From: Candidatus Harpocratesius repetitus
GTDB taxonomy: Archaea; Asgardarchaeota; Lokiarchaeia; Sigyniarchaeales; Promethearchaeaceae
DNA: 32,000 nucleotides
Assembly (NCBI GenBank): GCA_021498095.1
Contig: JAIZWK010000001.1
Span: forward strand, 720,001-752,000
Direction: 5' to 3'
The notes under the pieces are model-generated. The model worked only from the letters and a program-made list of their open reading frames with translations. It was not told where the DNA came from and made no database searches. Each line of letters begins with the position of its first letter. Position 1 is the first letter of the stretch. Both the position numbers and the translations under genes were made by a program. Positions 10,397 to 18,962 of the stretch are shown here, piece after piece.

Positions 10397-11980
10397 ATGA
10401 GTTTAAACCAACCTTATTTAGTATTAAAGGAAAACACGCAACAATTGAAAGGAAAAGATGCATTAAAAACTAACATTGAAGCAATTAAGGCAATTGCAGA
10501 AACAATTCGAACAACTTTAGGCCCTAAGGGTTTGAATAAAATGTTAGTAGATTCGTTAGGTGATATAACTATCACTAGTGATGGTAGCAAAATACTAGAA
10601 GAATTAAGTATAGATAACCCAACAGCTAAAATGATTGTTGACCTTGCTAAAACCATTCATAAGAATGTTGGAGACGGCTCAAGTTCTGTTGTTTTATTCA
10701 TTGGTGCTTTAATGGATAAAGCTGATGAAATGATATCAATGAATTTAGCACCAACAATAATTTATGAAGGTTATTTAAAAGCTATAAAATTCTTAAAACA
10801 AGAAATTAATAATATTTCCAAAAAAGTAACACCAGAAAATACTGATTTTGTTAAATCTTCAATTGTTCAGACTGCATTACGTAGTAAATCTCTGATGGAT
10901 GCTCAAGATTTATTTACTAATATCATTGTAGATGCAATTAGTAAAATACAAGAAAATCGAGCAGATAAACCATATATTGATTTAGACAATATCCAGATTA
11001 TCAAGAAAGAAGGAGAAGGGTTACATTCAACAAGATTAGTTGATGGAATTATTATCGATAAAGAAGTTGTTAGTCCAATTCTTCCTAAAACTATCCAAAA
11101 TGCAAAAATTGCCCTTCTCAACGGTGCTTTAGAGATAGTTAAAACAGATTTTTCTTCTGAAATCCAAATTTCTGATCCTGAGGAAATCCAGAAATTTTTA
11201 GAACAAGAAGAAAATATGATAAGGGTTTTAATTGAATCCATTCATTCATCTGGAGCAAATGTTGTTTTTTGTCAAAAAGGTATAGATGAAACTGCACAGC
11301 ATTTTCTTTCGAAATATGGGATTCTTGCTGTTCGTCGTGTTAAAAATTCCGATATGCAGAAAATTGCTAAAGCTACTGGGGCTAAAATTGTCACTCAAAT
11401 CAAAGATTTAACTTCATCAGATCTTGGAACTGCAGGAATTGTCAGCGAACGAAAGATCGGTGGAGATAATATGGTTTTTATTGAACATTGTCATAACCCA
11501 AAGGCAATTACAATATTAGTAAGAGGCGGGACTGAAACAGGAGTAAATGATGCAGAACGTTCTTTAAAAAACGGATTGAGCGCTCTTAAATCTTTAATTG
11601 AAGTACCAAGATTTGTTGGTGGTGGTGGCTCCATTGAAATTGAATTGCGCAAACGAATCCTTCAATATGCAGAAAAAGTTGGAGGAAAACAGCAAATTTC
11701 TATTGAAAGTTTTGCAGATGCTTTAGAAATTGTTCCCACAATATTAATTGAAAATTCTGGTAATGATCCCTTGGACATTCTTACATCACTAAGATCTCAA
11801 GTCGATTACAGCCAAAACAAATGGTTTGGATTTGATGCAATTTCACGTAATATTGTAGATGTGCAAAAAGCAGGAATTATTGATTCAATGGAGATTAAAT
11901 GGCAAATTTACAACCTTGCAACTGAATTGGCTGTTATTTTCATTCGAATTGATGATTATATTAAGGCAAAAGGAAAATAG
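10397..11980 (+). CDS. Thermosome (group II chaperonin) subunit, divergent paralogue
   Basis: TTLGPKG, ITITSDG, VGDG, GIIIDKEVV, VVFCQKGID, AVRRVK.SDM.KIAKATGA, ILVRGGT, GGGSIE, IRIDDYI. Confidence 0.95.
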   Translation: MSLNQPYLVLKENTQQLKGKDALKTNIEAIKAIAETIRTTLGPKGLNKMLVDSLGDITITSDGSKILEELSIDNPTAKMIVDLAKTIHKNVGDGSSSVVLFIGALMDKADEMISMNLAPTIIYEGYLKAIKFLKQEINNISKKVTPENTDFVKSSIVQTALRSKSLMDAQDLFTNIIVDAISKIQENRADKPYIDLDNIQIIKKEGEGLHSTRLVDGIIIDKEVVSPILPKTIQNAKIALLNGALEIVKTDFSSEIQISDPEEIQKFLEQEENMIRVLIESIHSSGANVVFCQKGIDETAQHFLSKYGILAVRRVKNSDMQKIAKATGAKIVTQIKDLTSSDLGTAGIVSERKIGGDNMVFIEHCHNPKAITILVRGGTETGVNDAERSLKNGLSALKSLIEVPRFVGGGGSIEIELRKRILQYAEKVGGKQQISIESFADALEIVPTILIENSGNDPLDILTSLRSQVDYSQNKWFGFDAISRNIVDVQKAGIIDSMEIKWQIYNLATELAVIFIRIDDYIKAKGK

Positions 11981-12068
11981 TCGATTTTAAAATTAAATTT
12001 AGATATTTTAATTATTTTTTTTTTTATCTTTTCTTTGACTATAAAATAAAAGATATATAGAATTAGGA

Positions 12069-12578
12069 CTATTCATATTTGGGTAAAAAATTGCGATTAA
12101 TTTCCCAAAAAGTAATTCCCCATTTAAATTTCTCTAAAAGATTGTACGCTTTTTGCGGAAACCCTGCATAGTATAAAGCAGCTGCTAAAGCTTCTGCAGA
12201 ACTTAGTTTATCCCATTTTCCATAGTTTACAGTATTAGCTGCAAGTAAATGTGGAAGTCTGCGTCCTGTTTGAAATTTATGGGTGAAAATCGTATCAATT
12301 TGTTCCCACGAGCAATCAATTACAATTATTCCATATTTTGCAATCGAAATATGATCGTTTTGAGAAATTTCTTTTTCTGAGAAAGGATCCAAGATAATTG
12401 CTTTTTTCGGAAATCGCTGCAATTTTTTTCCCATTTTAACCACACCAAATTTTGCTAGTTTAACAACAGTATTTTTCTTGGGATCATCTTGATTAAGATA
12501 TAAACAAAATAAACGAGGTTCTTGAGGCTCCATTTTTTGTGAGGGAATTTTTATATGTTTGGAAACGTTGACTAACAT
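12069..12578 (-). CDS. tsr3: SSU rRNA aminocarboxypropyltransferase Tsr3 (DUF367)
   Basis: QDDPKKNTVVKL, IILDPFS, IDCSW, RRLPHLLAANTVNYGK..KLSSAEALAAAL. Confidence 0.93.
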   Translation of the reverse strand: MLVNVSKHIKIPSQKMEPQEPRLFCLYLNQDDPKKNTVVKLAKFGVVKMGKKLQRFPKKAIILDPFSEKEISQNDHISIAKYGIIVIDCSWEQIDTIFTHKFQTGRRLPHLLAANTVNYGKWDKLSSAEALAAALYYAGFPQKAYNLLEKFKWGITFWEINRNFLPKYE

Positions 12579-12601
12579 AAACAGTTTTGCATTTGATAAT
12601 C

Positions 12602-12685
12602 GCGGGGATAATCAAGTCTGGTCCACGATGCTGGACTTAGGATCCAGTGCATAGCGCCGCGAGGGTTCGAAGCCCTCTCCCCGCA
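12602..12685 (+). tRNA. tRNA-Leu(TAG)
   Basis: GCGGGGA/TCCCCGC acceptor, ATC/GAT D-stem, CTGGA-CTTAGGA-TCCAG anticodon arm, 13-nt variable region, GAGGG-TTCGAAG-CCCTC T-arm, discriminator A. Confidence 0.92.
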
Positions 12686-12965
12686 TTTTATTCATAAATG
12701 GATAAATTTTTCGAATTTATAAGAGAGATGATAAATATCATTACACTTTTTTAATTTCATTCTCGTCTTTTCGCCAAATTTTACTAATAATAAAAATTGA
12801 AATTGTTATAAAATAATACTTTTTCGAAATTTGTAATTATAATAAAACTAATTCAGTTGATGTTAGTTTTGTTATGGGATACTGAAATTTTTACGGTATT
12901 CTTATTTAGTATATTAGTAATACATAGATTATTAATCAATATATTGCACTGCGAAGTTGAAAACT

Positions 12966-13973
12966 ATGAGTGTTAGAGAAAGTTTAGTAAAACATTTATC
13001 TACCATCATCCGCTCTTCGAAAGCAACAATAATGGCGCTATTATCTGATGAAAATGGCCTAAGTATTGCTAAGACAGGTCGTAGCACAGATTTAATTCTT
13101 GATAGTAACGCCATTACCAGTGTTTCATCTGCTGCTTTTTCATCAAGCGAAGAAAATTGGACTGATTTAGGGATTCAAGATCAAATTATCGCCTTTTCTT
13201 TTTTTGAAAAAATTTGTCTTATTACTATCCGTATTCAACAAACTCTTTTGACTATTGTTCATGATTATAATCTGGACTGGCCTTTAGATGCAGATAGTAT
13301 AGGCTCAAGTATTTATCACTTAAGACGAGAAATTCATAATTTCTTTGGTTCAGGGGAGATTAGTGAATCTGAAATAGAAGAATTCAGTAATAATGTTAGA
13401 GGCGCGATATATCTAAGTAGCATGGGAACCGAAATTCCATTTGCTTCTTATGCTCCATCAAATCATCAATCATTAGAATTAAATCAGAATATTTCTGCTA
13501 TCTTAGATTCAATACAAAATCCAATATTTATTGAGTATGGGTTAGTAAATTCAAGTGGACTAACAATTGATGCAAGGGATTTATCTCCTGATGATGTAGA
13601 ATTGTTGTCAGTAGATGCTTTTAGTGCAAATGCTAATGTTGGCTTTCAAAAGATGGTAGAGGAAGCAGATTCTATGAATATTGGAGGGTTGGTTTCATAT
13701 CTCTGTGTTTCTGGCCCTGATCCAGAAAATTTCTATGGTATTCTTAGTAATCCTTGTGGAAAACTGCATTTTAAAGATTCAGCAAGTGGTAGTGAGATTC
13801 TTTTACCAGTTTCTTTTGTTTCTTTATTTCCAATGATGTACGGTGCTGTTCCAGTACTGTGTGAAGCAAGAAATATTGCCCATTCTATTATTGAGGTTAT
13901 TGGTGAAGATCATATCACCAAAAAATTTATCAATAGTATCAACGTAATTGTTAAGTCAAAATACGAAGAATAA
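12966..13973 (+). CDS. Tandem Roadblock/LC7-like domain protein
   Basis: N-terminal ALLSDENGLSIA...NAITSVSSAAFSSSE roadblock pattern, and a second repeat YGLVNSSGLTID...DAFSANANVGFQ. ATG at 12966 preferred over TTG at 12957. Confidence 0.75.
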   Translation: MSVRESLVKHLSTIIRSSKATIMALLSDENGLSIAKTGRSTDLILDSNAITSVSSAAFSSSEENWTDLGIQDQIIAFSFFEKICLITIRIQQTLLTIVHDYNLDWPLDADSIGSSIYHLRREIHNFFGSGEISESEIEEFSNNVRGAIYLSSMGTEIPFASYAPSNHQSLELNQNISAILDSIQNPIFIEYGLVNSSGLTIDARDLSPDDVELLSVDAFSANANVGFQKMVEEADSMNIGGLVSYLCVSGPDPENFYGILSNPCGKLHFKDSASGSEILLPVSFVSLFPMMYGAVPVLCEARNIAHSIIEVIGEDHITKKFINSINVIVKSKYEE

Positions 13974-14040
13974 TTTTTTAAGAATTAACAAATAAAATTT
14001 TTTTTGTTTTTTCACCAGTATAATATAGATTAACTAGATT

Positions 14041-14360
14041 AATTGAGGATATTTTATCATTTTTAATTTAAACGCTTTTTTGAATATCATTTATATATAT
14101 CTGACTTAAATGTGAAATATCGCAATTCTTTTTTTGTCGAACTCGATTTTTTCAAAGAATTTGTTAAAAATTTACCATCTTGTTTATAAATTCTTCAATC
14201 TAATGTCTATTTTATTATAATTCTTGATTTACATATCTTGAATTTGGCACCTTGGTAAAATCGACAAAAAATAAGAAAGGATATTTTAGAATTGAGTCGG
14301 GAAAGTTAAGATGATAAAATGAAAAACTTCGAATTTTTAAAATTTAAAATACCCTCAATT
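14041..14360. mobile_element. MITE-like non-autonomous element, copy 1 (320 bp including flanking AATT)
   Basis: Terminal inverted repeats AATT-GAGGATATTTTA ... TAAAATACCCTC-AATT (1 mismatch), no internal ORF, and a second inverted copy at 30630-30948. Confidence 0.8.
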
Positions 14361-15074
14361 GATATTTGAAATTCTTTTCCGGATAGGTTTTTTTGCTACT
14401 GTTTTATTCACTTTTCCCTTTTCTTCAGGATAATAGCGCGTTTCAAAATCATCCCAAGATTTTGAAAAAACATGATTAGTAAATGCTTCCTTCAATCCTG
14501 AAATCTGTTTTAATCGGAGAACTTCATCTTTATCCATTCCTAATTTTTGGCAAATTTTTTCATCACTCCAACCTTGTCGAACTAAATCTAGTACTATATC
14601 AGACATGGAACGAATATGATGCGTTCCTCTCGCTCTATTATGCCGAATGGTAGATCCCATGCGTTCATCTAGTGGTTTATCAATAATAGTTAAGGGAAGA
14701 TGAGCATTTATTCGCTCTTTAATATCTTTGAATTCGCGTCCAACTCGATTTCGGTGAAATCCGTCAACAATTTCATAATTTCCGTTTTCTAAGCGATATG
14801 CGACAATTGGTTGTGTATAACCATCGGATTTAATTGATTCATAAAGAAGTTTCATTTCTGGTTGTGCGACTCTGTTTGGATTGTATGTATTCGCCTGTAT
14901 TTTCTCTATAGGAATCCATAACACTGTATCAACAGGTTCGCTAAATGGGGAAAACTGCGAGATTTGAGTACGTAATTCATTCAAATATGACACTTGTTCT
15001 TCAAATGACATGCTTTCTAGATCTCTACGAATTATTTTTATGATCTCTTTTATATTATTCATTATATTACTCAC
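14355..15074 (-). CDS. ibrB: IbrB/YbdM-like ParB/sulfiredoxin-domain protein
   Basis: PVDTVLWIPIEKIQANTYNPN.VA.PEM.LL..SI..DGYTQPIV, IVDGFHR, STIRHNRARG.H, GWSDEKI...LGMD.DEVLRLKQISGL...F....FSKSW. Confidence 0.88.
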   Translation of the reverse strand: MSNIMNNIKEIIKIIRRDLESMSFEEQVSYLNELRTQISQFSPFSEPVDTVLWIPIEKIQANTYNPNRVAQPEMKLLYESIKSDGYTQPIVAYRLENGNYEIVDGFHRNRVGREFKDIKERINAHLPLTIIDKPLDERMGSTIRHNRARGTHHIRSMSDIVLDLVRQGWSDEKICQKLGMDKDEVLRLKQISGLKEAFTNHVFSKSWDDFETRYYPEEKGKVNKTVAKKPIRKRISNIN

Positions 15075-15138
15075 TTTTGTATTTTCTTTTTATATCTTTA
15101 TCTTTCATATTCTTTTTTGTGTTTATTCCCCTTTTTCA

Positions 15139-16731
15139 TCAATCTTCCTTTTTTTTTCCACATTCAATTGCCTCGATTCTCTTTCGTAATTTCCGTTGAA
15201 TATGACCGTCTCCTGTTAATCGATGTTTTTCACGTAGTTTAATTAAAAGTTCGTCTCCTGCTTTGTCATATCCAAAATCCAGATAAGTCATATAAAAATC
15301 ATTTTTTTCAATCGCTCGAGCTACTGTCTGCCAAGAAACTGATTTTCCTTTTCCTGCATCAGGCATTTTTCCATACGGAATTCCTAGATTCTTTTCACAC
15401 CAAAGCATATAGTATTTTATTTTCTCGTAATAACGTCGCATTATCAATGGTTCATAAATTCCTATAGATTCAAGTAAAAAAATCGTGTACTGTTGCCAGG
15501 TTAAATGATCGGGTTTCATTGAGGTGAGGTTTCCCAATAGAGATGTACGACAGTATATCGCACCAAAATTAACTCCCTCCACCCGCTGCAGTAACCGCTC
15601 CCATGTTTCTGGTTCAATTACTCGATATTGATCCAATCCTGCTTTTTGTGCTGAACCAAATGGTTGACATATTCGCTGGAGCGAAAGAGGAACTCCATTT
15701 TTATACATATCTTCATAAACATGATTATAATCTAAATTAAATTTTGCCACACAACCCCAAATATCTTCTACTTTCCAATCATAAATCGGATATGCATTAT
15801 AAATATTTGGTAATATTTCTGTAGTCCAAAATAATCCCTTATAACGTGGTTTATCTCGGTTTGCTACAGCTAAAAAGCGACGGAGAGATTCATCAGTGCG
15901 AATTCCTACAACTATTGCTGTTCGTTTGGCTTTTTTCGTTTTATGAAGCCATTGTGAGTATTGAAAAATAAAACGGTCAAAATCATTTATGTTTTCAGCA
16001 AAAGGGAAAGGATTATTATCCCAAGTAATAGCACCTTCAGGAATATCTCTTACCCAATGTTCTCTTGCAGATTCATCCCAAGTAATAAACTCAGGATTTA
16101 AAGCTGAGGTAGCATTGTCTTCACAAAACGGTAAACAAATCCAGTAAAAATTTTCACAATTTGGTTTCACTTCTTCACGTAATGATTCCACAAAGCGAGC
16201 AGTCTCCATATACATGGCTTCAAAATCAATGAACATTACAGAAAACTTTTTGCCCATTTCTGCAGCTACCATATTAGCAAGTTGAAGTGTTACCCCCGAA
16301 TCTTTTCCTCCGCTAATGGCAAAGCTTATATTATCAAATTCAGTAAAAAGTAATCGAAGTCGGGCAAAAGTAGCATCTAATACATTTGTTTCATTATATA
16401 TTTTTTTGGATTTTCTCACGTATTTTATTTCAGGCGAAGTTATCTGAGATATTTTTTGTTTGGGTATTTTTCCTTTTTTTGAAGTCTTTTCTTTTTTCTT
16501 TTTTGATAAATCAGAATTAGCTGAGAGACTTCTCTTTGTTTCCATTTTACTTTTTATTACAAATTCTGATTGTTTTTGTTTTTTTTTTCTTTTTAGAGTG
16601 ATTGAATGAGAAGGTTTCGGAATGACTTTCACTGTGTCTTGAAATCCTCTTTCCTTTTTTAGCTGATCAAGAAGTTTAGATTGATTTTTAACTACATTCA
16701 TAAATTCACAGTCACCCCGCCTCTTACCCAT
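15139..16731 (-). CDS. ibrA: IbrA/YbdN-like PAPS-reductase-family PP-loop protein (DUF3440)
   Basis: ISGGKDSG PP-loop, YWICLP, VGIRTDESLRRF, YPIYDWKVEDIW, QRICQPFG, VEGVNFGAIY. It has a Lys-rich N-terminal ~100 aa, and the start may be 16701. Confidence 0.88.
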   Translation of the reverse strand: MGKRRGDCEFMNVVKNQSKLLDQLKKERGFQDTVKVIPKPSHSITLKRKKKQKQSEFVIKSKMETKRSLSANSDLSKKKKEKTSKKGKIPKQKISQITSPEIKYVRKSKKIYNETNVLDATFARLRLLFTEFDNISFAISGGKDSGVTLQLANMVAAEMGKKFSVMFIDFEAMYMETARFVESLREEVKPNCENFYWICLPFCEDNATSALNPEFITWDESAREHWVRDIPEGAITWDNNPFPFAENINDFDRFIFQYSQWLHKTKKAKRTAIVVGIRTDESLRRFLAVANRDKPRYKGLFWTTEILPNIYNAYPIYDWKVEDIWGCVAKFNLDYNHVYEDMYKNGVPLSLQRICQPFGSAQKAGLDQYRVIEPETWERLLQRVEGVNFGAIYCRTSLLGNLTSMKPDHLTWQQYTIFLLESIGIYEPLIMRRYYEKIKYYMLWCEKNLGIPYGKMPDAGKGKSVSWQTVARAIEKNDFYMTYLDFGYDKAGDELLIKLREKHRLTGDGHIQRKLRKRIEAIECGKKKED

Positions 16732-16862
16732 TTATCTATGCTTTTCTTTGTTTATTATATATCAATATCGGTATTTTATCAATGTAATTATTAATACTAA
16801 ACTATTTTTAGATTTTGATGATTGTTCTTATATTTTTTAGTAATGCGCTCAATATTTAAATT

Positions 16863-17411
16863 ATGGCTTTAAACTCTGATTTTTATTCTATTAATGATTT
16901 TAATTTAACCTTACTTGAATATTCATCTATTGATAAATTTATTCGAGTCATTAATTCGAATTACGAACGGATTAAACCTTTTCTAATCAACCGATACCAA
17001 CATCAAGCTTATTTCTTGACACCATTATGGGTGGATAAAATTTTTAAAAAACACAAATGCTATTACTTTCATTCAAAAAAGAATCCTAATGACGCAATTG
17101 GGGCTGTCACCCTCAAAAAAATTGTCGATTTTGCCTATATTGAATATTTCTTCATCGATGCTTCTTGTCTTCATCGTGGATATGGAAAAATTATGCTGGA
17201 TTTGATGGAGAAAATCATTCGAGATCTCAAACTCAATAAAATACGCCTTTTAGTTCATAAAGATGCTGTATGGGCACAGCATGCTTATCAAAAATATGGA
17301 TTCCACCTTCTTCTTACAGATAAACATCAAATCATGGAGTTTGAAAATGGAAGAATTGCACCTTATTTTCTAGTCAACCATTTACTCTATGAAAAAATAT
17401 TATTAAATTAA
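16863..17411 (+). CDS. GNAT family N-acetyltransferase
   Basis: YIEYFFIDASCLHRGYGK acetyl-CoA motif A and AQHAYQKYGF motif B. Confidence 0.85.
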   Translation: MALNSDFYSINDFNLTLLEYSSIDKFIRVINSNYERIKPFLINRYQHQAYFLTPLWVDKIFKKHKCYYFHSKKNPNDAIGAVTLKKIVDFAYIEYFFIDASCLHRGYGKIMLDLMEKIIRDLKLNKIRLLVHKDAVWAQHAYQKYGFHLLLTDKHQIMEFENGRIAPYFLVNHLLYEKILLN

Positions 17412-17644
17412 GAATGATTAAATAAATAAAAATGCTAAGGTAGTAAAAGCCGCGAGGAGTGAATAGGTTAAACATAATATTGCCATCGCTCAATTTTTAC
17501 ATTGTTTTTTCTTTATTTCTTTGATAATATAATCATGAACATAAAAGTTGATTAAATTCGATCTAATTCTTAGATATACTTAATTCTATTTTCCAATTTA
17601 ACCAAATTAAGATCTAATTATGAATAATTACATAATAATAGAAT

Positions 17645-17722
17645 TGGTGCCCACGCAGGGATTCGAACCCTGGTCATCGGGGTGAAGGCCCGAGATGCTT
17701 GACCGAACTACACTACGTGGGC
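17645..17722 (-). tRNA. tRNA-Glu(TTC), CCA encoded, atypical C33
   Basis: Reverse complement: GCCCACG-TA-GTGT-AGTTCGGTCAA-GCAT-C-TCGGG-CCTTCAC-CCCGA-TGAC-CAGGG-TTCGAAT-CCCTG-CGTGGGC-A-CCA. Confidence 0.9.
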
Positions 17723-17835
17723 TTGAGAATTCACTTTGGAATATGTTATATAATAGGGCATAATTTTAAAATTTTTCGAGAATCTAGAGTAAAATCGTCA
17801 TTTTTGTCTGAACACCTCAGAAAACCGTAAAAATT

Positions 17836-18179
17836 TTATGCAACCTTTCCCAAATAAGAGCGAATTGCCTTGAGTCTTCCATCTTTGCAAAACTGATATG
17901 ATATTTCAAGGTCAGTTATAATTTTTTTCAGAATCCACTTGTGATAAAAGTGATTATTCCACCGAACTTATCAATACTCTCATTTCAGAATATATAAAAA
18001 AGTATTTCAAATTTTGTGTCTTTCAAATCTTATATTTCATATCTTATGCGTAATAGTATTTCATCTACAGGAATATCAAGTTCATCTGCCCAACGACATT
18101 TCGCTTTAACTGCTGAACACTGTTCGTCTGAGCGCTCTGAGTATTCTTTCCAAGAAATATGATTATTTGTTAATACCAT
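17836..18179 (-). pseudogene. Possible disrupted CDS remnant
   Basis: A 49-codon ORF (18179-18030, MVLTNNHISWKEYSERSDEQC...) is followed by stop-interrupted, protein-like frames down to 17836. GC is higher than the flanks. No family recognised. Confidence 0.25.
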
Positions 18180-18715
18180 ATAGAAATAGGAACAATTCAA
18201 GGATAAATATGTAAAGAATAACGAATTTTGGAATATTTTTGAAGATTATTTCCAATCTAATATTAGAAAAATTGCAAAATTTAATTGATTCGACATTTTT
18301 CGACAATATAATTATGATTTATAGAGTAGAATACTAATGCATAAGTATTCAATCAGATTTTTTCAATTCTATGGATATTCAAAAAAAAATAAGAGATTGA
18401 GAAATTGAAAGAAATTTTGGCTAAAAATTAACGAATTCTAATCTCTGATATATAATTTTAATTTATGAAAAAAATAGCTAAATTAATTGATAGAATTAGG
18501 AAAAATGCGATTTTCAAAACAAAATTATCGCATTAATCAATACTAACTAATAAAAATTATAGGAGAAAATGAAAGAATATTCCAATTAATTGTAAGCGTT
18601 TTTATAACTGATAACAGACAAATTAACATTTCGCTTTTTGAACAAAAAAATTTTTAATTGAATGAATATTTTATCTTTTGTTGGTTCTTCAAGTAAAACT
18701 AATAGATTTAACCTT

Positions 18716-18791
18716 GCAGGAGTAGCTTAGTCGGTAGAGCGGTCGGCTGTTAACCGGCAGGTCGCAGGTTCGATCCCTGTCTCCTGCGCCA
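18716..18791 (+). tRNA. tRNA-Asn(GTT), CCA encoded
   Basis: GCAGGAG/CTCCTGC acceptor, GTCGG-CTGTTAA-CCGGC anticodon arm, GCAGG-TTCGATC-CCTGT T-arm, G-CCA end. Confidence 0.96.
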
Positions 18792-18962
18792 TTTTTCTCC
18801 CCATTTTAACCGAGAGAATTGTATTTTTATTACAAAATCAAGCATCTTTTTTGAGATAAAATCTTTGGTTGAATTTTCTTTTAATTGAAGAAATCAAAAT
18901 TTTTGATAAAGATTTTTTAGCAAAAGATGAAAATTTTTTCGGGATGTAATGCTCAATAATGT

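Noticed and set aside
12602-12685. tRNA-Leu oddities (G at T-loop position 60, weakly paired variable arm)
   Set aside because: All main stems pair with compensatory changes, so this is probably ordinary lineage variation.
14361-17644. Integrated island at the tRNA-Glu 3' end bounded by att repeats
   Set aside because: I found no second copy of the tRNA 3' end and no integrase in the window. The accessory nature is plausible, but boundaries cannot be supported.
17677-17693. Reading the tRNA at 17645-17722 with a TCA (Sec/opal) anticodon by shifting one base
   Set aside because: The shifted register destroys the anticodon stem, and the tRNA lacks the long variable arm and extended acceptor of tRNA-Sec.
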